From a virus (Duplodnaviria; Caudoviricetes), in the IMG/VR virus record IMGVR_UViG_3300012200_000005, positions 1 to 39,462 of that record: a stretch of DNA of 39,462 bases, one strand, 5' to 3'. Below are positions 31,446 through 39,462 of the stretch, piece after piece; position 1 is the stretch's first letter; the number at the start of each line of letters is the position of its first letter. The notes beneath the pieces were generated by a model, which was given only the letters and a program-made list of their open reading frames with translations, was not told the origin of the DNA and did not search any database. Both the position numbers and the translations under genes were made by a program.

Positions 31446-32782
31446 CCACGACGGACTTGGCCTACTGTGTTGGGCGCATTGAACTGCGGCAGCGTGTTCT
31501 TGATCTGCGTCAGCGAATCGGTCGGATCGAGACCGTACTTCTCTTGCATCGACTGCAGGATCAGGTTCTGCGTTGTCGGCGTCGACCGCAGGAAGCTGGC
31601 CGAGTCGATCTTGTTGGGCGTCGGCGTGGCGTTCAGCCAGGACTCCGCGGTCTGCTGATTCGCCTCGGGCGACTTGATGTCGTCGATCAACTGCTGCAGG
31701 TAGCCCATGCCGCCCTGCGTGTTGCCACCCGCCAGGCCCACGCCGGTGACCCGGTTGGGCGCCTGGAAGCCCGCAGTCGGCATGCCCGCCAGCACACGTC
31801 CAGCCTGACCGATGACCTGCGCCTGGCGGAACGGATTTGCCTGTAATGTCGCAGCAGCGTTGATCGCGCCCATCTGTTGCGCGTACGCCTGCTGCTGCCC
31901 GGCCAGCGTCGTCTGCGGCGTGCCCTGCTGGTTGGGTAGCGGCAACCCACGCTCCTGGTAGGACTGAGTGATGGCCTTGTTGGAGTCGTTGGCCCACTTC
32001 TGCATGGCCGCGTTCCAGTCCGAGCCGTTGGACATGTAGTAGGCCTGCTGCGCGCCCTGATCGAGCTGCTGGAAGGTATGCCCTAACAGATCAGTGCCTG
32101 GCGCGTAGACCTGCGCTGGCGCCTGGTAGATGCCCGTCTGGCCTGCCTGCGCGACCGCCTGGTTCATCGCCGCGGTATTCAGATTGCTATACGACGTCAG
32201 CCCCTGGAGTGTCTGCGTTGGCAACTGCGACGGCGGCGCGCGCTCGAGTTGGATCGCCGTCGTGGCAGGGATGACGTTCATCGTCGACAGGTCGCCGTTC
32301 CAGCCCATCGCCCTGGCCTGCGGGATGTTGACGCGCTGCAACTGGCCGGACGGCAGCACGTAGCTGATTTGCGTCGGCCCGTTCTGCTGAGTGTCATACG
32401 TGTTCGGATCGAGCCGCACGAACGTACCGGGCATGTACTGCGACTGGCTCGGGGGAGCGTAGAAACCCGTCAGGCCTGCCCCGCCCTGAGCCGCGCTCGT
32501 CAGGCCCGCCAGCTCGGCCGACGTCTGGCCGGCATTGACGCCGCTATAGCCAGGGATGTAGCCGATGGCACCGGTTGCCTGACCCGACGCCAGAGTGGCA
32601 GCGCCGATCGGCGCGGGATTGCCAGGTCCGAAGTTCTGCCCGTAGAGCTGCGCCACGTTGTTGGCGTAGGTCAGGTTGAACTGGCGGATGGCTTCCTGGA
32701 CGCCCTGCATATTGCCCGACGCGGTGGCGCTGCCGAGCTGGTCGATGAACGCGGCGAGTTGGGCGCTGGTGATGTCGGCCAT
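31442..32782 (-). CDS. putative internal virion (ejection) protein
   Basis: 446 aa from ATG 32782; Gln/Ala/Gly-rich; TGATG coupling. Confidence 0.6.
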   Translation of the reverse strand: MADITSAQLAAFIDQLGSATASGNMQGVQEAIRQFNLTYANNVAQLYGQNFGPGNPAPIGAATLASGQATGAIGYIPGYSGVNAGQTSAELAGLTSAAQGGAGLTGFYAPPSQSQYMPGTFVRLDPNTYDTQQNGPTQISYVLPSGQLQRVNIPQARAMGWNGDLSTMNVIPATTAIQLERAPPSQLPTQTLQGLTSYSNLNTAAMNQAVAQAGQTGIYQAPAQVYAPGTDLLGHTFQQLDQGAQQAYYMSNGSDWNAAMQKWANDSNKAITQSYQERGLPLPNQQGTPQTTLAGQQQAYAQQMGAINAAATLQANPFRQAQVIGQAGRVLAGMPTAGFQAPNRVTGVGLAGGNTQGGMGYLQQLIDDIKSPEANQQTAESWLNATPTPNKIDSASFLRSTPTTQNLILQSMQEKYGLDPTDSLTQIKNTLPQFNAPNTVGQVRRG

Positions 32783-34866
32783 CAGACGGTCACCGGTGCC
32801 TGGAACTGATTCGGAATGTACGGGATCGCAGACCCAGGTGGTGCCAGCCAGGTCGGGTAGGGTTGCCCCGTCGCCGGGTTGATCGGGTTCCCGGTGGTGC
32901 CCAGGCCGTAATTCTGGCCCGGCACCTGTGCCGGCGCGGCCATGCCGGCCATCTGGACCGGCACTGGTGGTGGCGGCGGTGACTGCGCTGGCTGACCATT
33001 CGGTCCCAGGATGACGCCGCCAGGACCAACGGTGCGACCAGGTGTCGACGCCGCGTTCGCTGGCTGATTCCACTGCAGGCCAGCGGGGTTGTAACCACCC
33101 GTCGTGGTGTCCGGCGCGGTGAACTGCTGATTACGCTGGGCTGGCGGAATGTAGTCCTGACCCGTCTGTTGCTTGTACAGGTCCATCGCGCCGCGCAGCG
33201 CCCCGTACGCCTGCTGAGCAGTGGTCGGATCACCCTTGATAGCCGGATTGGCCTGGTTGACCATCGCCGCGGCCGAGTCGTACACCGGCTGACCACCGCC
33301 CAGGCCGGTCACCCACTCGCTCAGACCGCCGACCAGGTTGGCGCCCATGCCCGCCGGCGCGGAAGTCATCTTCGAGCCGGCGATGGCACCCACCGCGGTG
33401 TTGAAGCCGCTCATGGCGTTGGTGACGCGGTTCTGGAGCAGGCCGGCGCCCGTGGTCGCCGCGTTCTGCGTGGCGGTCAGCACGTCGCTTGCCGCGGTGA
33501 CGCCCAACTTCTGCCGCTCCGTCTGTGCCTGCTGGGCGTTGATGTCGTTGGTCATCTTCGCGTTGGCGGCGTTGATCAACGCGACGGCTTCGTCCTGCGA
33601 CATGTCGCCCGCGACGACCTGGCCCGTCAGCGACGTTGCCATCTGCTTCAGGGCCTCGGATGCGGTGATGCGGCCCTTGTTCTCGATCCACTCCCACTTG
33701 CCCGTATCTGGATTCCACTGCTGGATCTGGCGCGCGGTCGTCGACTGCGCGCCCTGCGTCGTCTGCGGCGCCTGGTAGTTCGTATTCTTCTGACGCCCGA
33801 CCTCGACGCCCTGGTCGGTGTACCAGACGAAGTCCTTGAGCGTGGTGCTGTTACCGACCGTCGCCGCTTCCTGAATGTTGGTCGGCAGCGTGTAGGTCCC
33901 TGCCTTGGGATCGAAGACGTACGCCTTGTCCTTAATGACGACAGACTGTTTATTCGGGTCAGCGGGATCGAGCTTCTGGATGAGGGTGCTGGTGCCCTTG
34001 GCCTTGTCGACCGAGTAGATGCCCTGCGTCGTCTGGACGACCTGGGTGTTATCGGGACCCGCCGAGACGGCGTGCAGCTCGTTGTTGACCGGGTCCCACT
34101 GACCGACGATGCCTGACGCGGTATCCCCAGGTGTTCGGTAGATAGGCTTCCAAGTGCTCGGGTCCGAGTCTTTCGAGCCTGTCGGTGCGGTAACGCTGGC
34201 GCCGATCTTGTTGTTGGCCGGGTCCCACAGGCCGATGATGCGTGGGTTGGCGCTCTTGTCGTTCGGGTCTTTGATGGGCGTCCAGGTCGACGGATCGGTG
34301 GTGATCGTCGGATCGACCTTGAATGGCGCCGTACCAGCGGGCGCGTTCGGGTCACGAACGAAAACCGTCGGCGCGGTCGAGCCCGCGGGTATCGGGTTGA
34401 GGTCCTTGTCCAGACGCTCGAGGCCAGCCGCGGGCGTCGCGGTCCGGGCGGTCGACTCCGGCGCGGCACTCTTCGGCAGGCCCTCGACGGGCTTCAGTGC
34501 TCCGCCGGGGTCCTTGGGGTCCTTCCCGTAAAAGGTGATCGTCTGGTCGTCGTTGCGAACCTGCGTGATATCCGTCCAGCCGCCGGCTCCCGTGGTCGTC
34601 TTGGGCGTGTACTTCGAAACCTCGCCCGTGGGTGCAATCTCGACCGACGTGCCGTCAGCGAAGGAGTACAGGTCGTACGGACCGGGGATCTCGGCGGCGT
34701 TGGGGTCCTTGGGATTCTTGACCAGCGGCGTGCTGGGTGTCCCGACCGCGCCCCCGTGCTGAGCGGCGAGTGTCTTGACGAGCGTGTCGCGCTGCGTCGT
34801 ATCAGGTGGCGCGGCCGCCGGCGTGGGATCCCAGGGCGCTGGGATGTTCGTACCTGGCCACGGCAT
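32782..34866 (-). CDS. putative internal virion (ejection) protein
   Basis: 694 aa from ATG 34866; internal DPSTW.PI...I.G.WDP.NN repeat; Gln/Ala-rich C-terminal half. Confidence 0.6.
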   Translation of the reverse strand: MPWPGTNIPAPWDPTPAAAPPDTTQRDTLVKTLAAQHGGAVGTPSTPLVKNPKDPNAAEIPGPYDLYSFADGTSVEIAPTGEVSKYTPKTTTGAGGWTDITQVRNDDQTITFYGKDPKDPGGALKPVEGLPKSAAPESTARTATPAAGLERLDKDLNPIPAGSTAPTVFVRDPNAPAGTAPFKVDPTITTDPSTWTPIKDPNDKSANPRIIGLWDPANNKIGASVTAPTGSKDSDPSTWKPIYRTPGDTASGIVGQWDPVNNELHAVSAGPDNTQVVQTTQGIYSVDKAKGTSTLIQKLDPADPNKQSVVIKDKAYVFDPKAGTYTLPTNIQEAATVGNSTTLKDFVWYTDQGVEVGRQKNTNYQAPQTTQGAQSTTARQIQQWNPDTGKWEWIENKGRITASEALKQMATSLTGQVVAGDMSQDEAVALINAANAKMTNDINAQQAQTERQKLGVTAASDVLTATQNAATTGAGLLQNRVTNAMSGFNTAVGAIAGSKMTSAPAGMGANLVGGLSEWVTGLGGGQPVYDSAAAMVNQANPAIKGDPTTAQQAYGALRGAMDLYKQQTGQDYIPPAQRNQQFTAPDTTTGGYNPAGLQWNQPANAASTPGRTVGPGGVILGPNGQPAQSPPPPPVPVQMAGMAAPAQVPGQNYGLGTTGNPINPATGQPYPTWLAPPGSAIPYIPNQFQAPVTV

Positions 34867-34900
34867 CAGGCGCACCTCCACGTGAAGTAGACGGGCGCGA

Positions 34901-34950
34901 CGCGTAAGAATCCTACGCGCGGACCGGCGCCGCGCGTTAGAATCTTACGC
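34901..34950 (+). promoter_or_regulatory. tandem dyad operators and leaderless -10 of the antisense moron
   Basis: CGCGTAAGAATCCTACGC (34901-34918) and CGCGTTAGAATCTTACGC (34933-34950). TAGAAT lies 7 nt before ATG 34951. Confidence 0.65.
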
Positions 34951-35529
34951 ATGGACACCCCCGAGACAACTGAACCAAAGGTCGCGCGCGTCGCCGTTTC
35001 TGTGACGGCCGAGCACATCGAGCATGCAGTCCCAATGGATTCCAGCCACTGCATGATCGCTGATGCCATCAAAGCGGCTGTGCCCAAGGCGAAAGCCGTC
35101 AGCGTTGACCTCGCCAGTATCCGCTGGACCGACCCCCGCGCTGGCAAGCGGTATCTATATCTCACGCCGCCTTCGGTCCAGGCAGCGCTCATCCGCTTCG
35201 ACAATGGACAGAAGCCAACTCCTTTCCGCTTCACACTACGTCAACCTGCACAGATCGCCAACTCTGGGGTTGAGACGACCAGGCGTGGAGGTCGCGTGAC
35301 GCACGGGGTCGCACACGTTACAGCCGATGACGGGGATCTGCCGACAAAGATGGGTGGCACGTTACCGCCTATTGGCCCACTCACAAACACGGAGAAGACA
35401 GGCAGGCATCATGATCGCTTGCCTGACCAGACCAATCTCATGCTCCAGGGCCGCCGTCGTGCGTTTGGCATTCGCAGAATGGGGCGTGTCGCAGAGGAGA
35501 TCGATGCCACACCGGATTCCGGGCAATGA
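34951..35529 (+). CDS. hypothetical moron protein
   Basis: 192 aa, antisense within the late operon, with its own promoter. Confidence 0.7.
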   Translation: MDTPETTEPKVARVAVSVTAEHIEHAVPMDSSHCMIADAIKAAVPKAKAVSVDLASIRWTDPRAGKRYLYLTPPSVQAALIRFDNGQKPTPFRFTLRQPAQIANSGVETTRRGGRVTHGVAHVTADDGDLPTKMGGTLPPIGPLTNTEKTGRHHDRLPDQTNLMLQGRRRAFGIRRMGRVAEEIDATPDSGQ

Positions 35530-35771
35530 GCCTGAGTCTGCGGAGAACACTTGAGTACATCCTCACTGTGGCCCTGGTAACCACGGCCATCGTGTTGCCC
35601 TTGCTTGCGCTGCGGGCCTCGCTGACGCTGACCGACAGTCCGGTCATGGTCCTGATCGCTGGATTCGCGTTTCCACTGCTCTTCACACTCCTGCTGGGTG
35701 TGCCATTTTGGGTGTCATCGCTTTGGCACCGGCGCTCGCTCGCCCGACTGCGCATCTCCGGACGAGCGTGA
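35526..35771 (+). CDS. two-TM membrane protein (moron)
   Basis: ATGA coupling; two hydrophobic spans. Confidence 0.6.
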   Translation: MSLSLRRTLEYILTVALVTTAIVLPLLALRASLTLTDSPVMVLIAGFAFPLLFTLLLGVPFWVSSLWHRRSLARLRISGRA

Positions 35772-38700
35772 CGGCAGGGGTGCGCGCGTGTCGGGAGACG
35801 TAAACCCCCCCCCACCGCCGCCACCGCCGCGGCTATAGCGTGGGTTCAGGCCCACCGCTGCCAGTCCGCCCGCCACAAGCGGATTCATGCCACCCTGCAG
35901 GGTCGATTGCAACACCTGCGAGACGCCGATCGGTGCAACGTTTTCCCCGAGCGCAATCGGGCCTGCCTTCGCAATCTGGAAGGGCGGCCTGCCCGCGGCA
36001 CTCAGCGCGACGTCGATGCCCGCGCCCACCGGTGCCGACAACCGATTGACGACGAAGTTGGTCGGTTGTGTTGCGCGTTTGGTCGGGTCGCTGACTTCGG
36101 TATTGGCCAGGTTCAGATACGCCTGGACGTTGCCCGGCAAAATGCCGAAGTGCAGGTAACCGCCGTTGGGATTCTGGACCTCAACCTCGAACTGGTGACC
36201 CGGCTGGTTATCCAACGTCGAATGGCCGCTCAGTGCGTAGTTGGCAACCTCCGTGGTGGTCATCATGCCGGCGATGGTCTTAGCCAGGAAGCCGGCGCGC
36301 ACACCCCGGCCATCCCCGCCGAACATGGCCGAGCCTAGCTGCCGAACGGTCGCCTCGTTCCAGTCGGAGGCTTGCAGCAGCAGTCGCTGCGCGTCGAGGA
36401 GCGTCGGGTTACGCCCCATGGCCGCGTAGTTGAGACCGCCGAATCGCTCATTGACGACGGTGGCCGCCTGCTTCGCGTCCAGGCCGCCCTTCTGCAGGGC
36501 ATCCCAGGCCGTCGCCTTCGCCAGGGGTACCGCGCGGTCCCAGAGCGCCGACTGCAGGATCTCGGGGACCGTCCCGCGCTTGCCGAGTGGCACACCCGCC
36601 AGGGCCAAACCCGCGAGTCCACCCTTGGCGGCATTGGCGCGCGCCTCCTCTTCGGTGCCGCCCGTCAGTTTGGTCTCGGTGTAGCCGGCCGCGGCACCAC
36701 CCGCGCCAGAAACACCACCCGCGACAACTCTGCGCCAGGCCGCGTTGCCGATCTGCGTCCCCACGTCCTCAGGCCGCGCGTGTTCGGCCAGCCCGGTGAC
36801 GCCCGCTCGGGCCGCGGCGTCGATGGTGTCTGCCATGCTGGCGCGCAGTCCCTGGGCGAAGCTGTTGCTGCCAAAGGCACGCGCGTAGTTGCCGAGCGTC
36901 TGTGGCGACGTAAACGCAGCGTTCAACCCTTCGGTCAACGTGTGAAAATTCGACAATGAAAAGAGCGTGCCTTTGGCGGTACCGATGGTCTTCAACACGG
37001 CGCTGCCCAACGGGTTGCCCGCGATCTGCGAGATGTCGACGACCGCCTTGATGGGTCCCACGACATCCGGGCTGAACGCGTAGTTAGCCAGGTACGTGTT
37101 CGGATCGTCCGCGACGGTACGGAACTCGCGCGGCGCATTGCCGATCGGCGCCGCCTTGCCCTGTGCCTGCAAATCCGCGACCAACTTCTGTGCGGCCTGC
37201 TCGCGCAACTCGCCACGGATCTGTTGCACCTCGTCGGCCACCGCAGGAATGTCGAGGCGGGCGCCCGCGGTGCGCATCTGGTTTTCAGCCATCACCCTGG
37301 CCGCGTCCGATTGACGGCCGACCATGTTGGCGAAGTCCTTGAGCACGCCACGCGTGTCGGCCGGCAGGTTTTCCGCAGGGCTCAACGCAGAGGCGACCAA
37401 CTCACCCAAACGTGAAACGGCTCCACCGGGCGCACCGGCGACGCGGGCTAATTGCCTGGTGACATCGCCAGCGGTGACGCCGGCGGCGGCTGACCCAAGC
37501 GCGGCACCAGCACCTGCGCCCAACGCAGCACCACCCGCGATGCGCGCACCACGCTCGAGCGGCCCGGCATCTTCGGGCGTACTCGCGTTGCCGGCGACGC
37601 CACCTGCTACCCCGCCGCCCAGTGTCGTGGCGAACCGCGCCGAGACCTGACCACCCTGGGTGCCGCTGATCGCGTTGCGCACCTTGTCGAGCGACTCGGG
37701 GAAAATGCCTACCGTGGAGTACGGGAGCCGCTCACCGGTATCGGGTCGCAACACCGGATCGCGGTGCGTCGAGACGTCTTTGACGCCATCGAAGCCGGAC
37801 TGTGCGAGGAGTTCAGCGGCACCGTTCGGGTCATTGGTGACACTCGCGGCTTTGACCGCGGTCCAGACCGTCTGCGGGTCCGTCTTGCCGCCACTGATCA
37901 GATCGAAGTGTGTTTGCTCGGTCGGACTCAGCCCTTCGCGCGCCCGTGCGGCCTGTGCCTCCGCAGCCGCACCGGTGGCGTCCATATCGAAAAGCTTCAG
38001 GTCGGACGGCACATCAACCGGCCGTACATTGGGCTGCCACCCTGGGTCGCCAACCACCGATGTCGCGTGCGCTGAGGCCGCCTCGGGATTCTCGGTCAGG
38101 TAGTAGCCGGTCCCGAAACGTCCACGCGTGGTGTCCAGCCACTCGGGGTCGACCTTCGCGAAGTCGGAGCCGGTGCCGTGGAACATGCGCGTCGCCGCTG
38201 GCACGTCACGAACAGCGCTTAGCGGCCCACCAGGCGCGGTGAATCCCCCAGTCTCGGCCGTCACCGGCGTCAGTGCGCGGCGTGTGGCAGCCGTAGGGTC
38301 CATCGCCGCGATCTGCTGCTCGAACGCCGTCAACTTGTCGGAATCGGCACCCTTCGCTCGAGCAGCATCCAGCATCGCCTGCAGCAGGTCCGTCGAGCTC
38401 TGCGTCACCTGCGCACGGACAGGTGCCAGCTCCGCGGTGCCTGGCATCTTGCGCACCTGGTCGATCGCATCCACGAGCGCCGGCGCGGTCACGTGCGTGT
38501 CGTTGACAATCCGAAGGGCCTGCGCGATCTGGAGCGGGTTGGTGCCGGGCTGCAGGATCTCCGCCAGTGCGCGGGCCACGAGCGGTGCCTCGCCAGCAGC
38601 CAGCGGAGCGGCCAGGACCGCAGCACCCAGGTTGGTTAGCGTCGTCGACACGGGCGTCAATGGGTTCTCCGCGCTCAGCGCCTGGTTGACTTCGCTCTGT

Positions 38701-39462
38701 GGTCGACCCGCGCGAATCGTGGTGTTGATCTGCTGCAACTGGTCAGCGATCTCAGTCATGCGCGGGCTGACGCTGTTGTCGCCGCCCATCCTCTGCGTGA
38801 GCAACTGGCGGTACTCGTCCTCAAGCCGCGGCCCGCCGGCTGTTGCGTACTTCTGACCGTACACATCCTCGCCCGCAGCCTCGCGTGCCGCGGTGCTGGC
38901 AATACTCAACCGGTCGAGCTCGTCGGTCGCGGCCTTCGCGACGGTGCCGAGCGCCGACAGGCCCGTACCTGCAGCCTTCGCCGCCAGGTTGCCGGTCTCG
39001 GGGACCTGGACCTGTCCAGCCAGCTCCTGGGCGGTGCGCGCGGGTGCTTCCAGATCGGACACCGTGCCACCCATGGGTAGTGGCAAGTCTCCAGCTACCT
39101 TGAGCGCGCGCGGCCCGAGCGTCTCGAGCGTGTCGCCGATCGCGGAGCGGACTTGCGCGACTGACGCATTCGACGGAAGGTTGTCGATCGTGTCTTGGAC
39201 CTTCTGCCTGATCTGGTCGACACCACCCAGGACAGGTGCCGCGCCCTGGACAGCTTGCTGCACTCCCCCGAGCACTGGCGTGGCAGCCTGCACAGCCTGT
39301 TGCGCCGCCTGCTGTACGACCGGCAACGCTTCGGTGCCTGGCTGGTACTCGTTAGCCTGCTCGACCGCGCGAGCCGCGGGCTGGATGACCTGCTGCGCCG
39401 CTCCCAACGCGCCCTGGGCCGCACTGCCGAGATCCGATGCCACCTGGCCCACCGCACCGCCA
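35715..39462 (-). CDS. C-terminal part of the 1804-aa giant virion protein, including an ART-like domain
   Basis: Continues from 1790..1. RMFHGTGSDF...GRFGTGYYLTENPEAASAHA...GFDGV lies at about 38190-37680. Confidence 0.85.
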   Translation of the reverse strand, partial: GGAVGQVASDLGSAAQGALGAAQQVIQPAARAVEQANEYQPGTEALPVVQQAAQQAVQAATPVLGGVQQAVQGAAPVLGGVDQIRQKVQDTIDNLPSNASVAQVRSAIGDTLETLGPRALKVAGDLPLPMGGTVSDLEAPARTAQELAGQVQVPETGNLAAKAAGTGLSALGTVAKAATDELDRLSIASTAAREAAGEDVYGQKYATAGGPRLEDEYRQLLTQRMGGDNSVSPRMTEIADQLQQINTTIRAGRPQSEVNQALSAENPLTPVSTTLTNLGAAVLAAPLAAGEAPLVARALAEILQPGTNPLQIAQALRIVNDTHVTAPALVDAIDQVRKMPGTAELAPVRAQVTQSSTDLLQAMLDAARAKGADSDKLTAFEQQIAAMDPTAATRRALTPVTAETGGFTAPGGPLSAVRDVPAATRMFHGTGSDFAKVDPEWLDTTRGRFGTGYYLTENPEAASAHATSVVGDPGWQPNVRPVDVPSDLKLFDMDATGAAAEAQAARAREGLSPTEQTHFDLISGGKTDPQTVWTAVKAASVTNDPNGAAELLAQSGFDGVKDVSTHRDPVLRPDTGERLPYSTVGIFPESLDKVRNAISGTQGGQVSARFATTLGGGVAGGVAGNASTPEDAGPLERGARIAGGAALGAGAGAALGSAAAGVTAGDVTRQLARVAGAPGGAVSRLGELVASALSPAENLPADTRGVLKDFANMVGRQSDAARVMAENQMRTAGARLDIPAVADEVQQIRGELREQAAQKLVADLQAQGKAAPIGNAPREFRTVADDPNTYLANYAFSPDVVGPIKAVVDISQIAGNPLGSAVLKTIGTAKGTLFSLSNFHTLTEGLNAAFTSPQTLGNYARAFGSNSFAQGLRASMADTIDAAARAGVTGLAEHARPEDVGTQIGNAAWRRVVAGGVSGAGGAAAGYTETKLTGGTEEEARANAAKGGLAGLALAGVPLGKRGTVPEILQSALWDRAVPLAKATAWDALQKGGLDAKQAATVVNERFGGLNYAAMGRNPTLLDAQRLLLQASDWNEATVRQLGSAMFGGDGRGVRAGFLAKTIAGMMTTTEVANYALSGHSTLDNQPGHQFEVEVQNPNGGYLHFGILPGNVQAYLNLANTEVSDPTKRATQPTNFVVNRLSAPVGAGIDVALSAAGRPPFQIAKAGPIALGENVAPIGVSQVLQSTLQGGMNPLVAGGLAAVGLNPRYSRGGGGGGGGFTSPDTRAPLPSRSSGDAQSGERAPVPKR
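39340..39462. repeat. 123-bp terminal direct repeat, copy 2
   Basis: Identical to bases 1-123. Confidence 0.95.

Noticed and set aside
39340-39462. Terminal repeat as a biological phage DTR
   Set aside because: It falls mid-gene and has the character of an assembler overlap; it shows circularity only.

Overview
The window is a complete, circularly permuted genome of a GC-rich temperate tailed phage: bases 1-123 are identical to 39340-39462, giving a unit length of 39,339 bp. It is probably podovirus-like, as no tape-measure or sheath gene was recognised and it carries large ejection-type proteins. An AGAAC-N4-GTTCT SOS box and several leaderless promoters suggest a Chloroflexota or Actinomycetota-like host (inference). 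Most genes are on the minus strand: an early/replication operon (13659 to 8612), terS, terL, portal, an 1804-aa multidomain virion protein that crosses the origin and is only partly captured by the ORF track, then scaffold, capsid, tail and lysis genes. A central control region holds a large serine recombinase and two XRE-family HTH genes. Four things stand out. (1) An apparent LexA-to-activator switch: two mirror-image GACAC-N5-GACAC-N9-GTGTC-N5-GTGTC arrays each lie exactly 38 bp from a start codon, one for the early operon and one for a candidate excision factor. (2) Three adjacent HNH-nuclease insertions between terL and portal, each flanked by a diverged second copy of the terminus of the gene it interrupts. 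(3) A variable locus with three directly oriented dif-like sites, where two alternative alleles of the locus are joined in tandem. (4) The giant protein combines SLT, C39-like peptidase and ART-like domains. All product calls come from motif recognition by eye; no database search was run.
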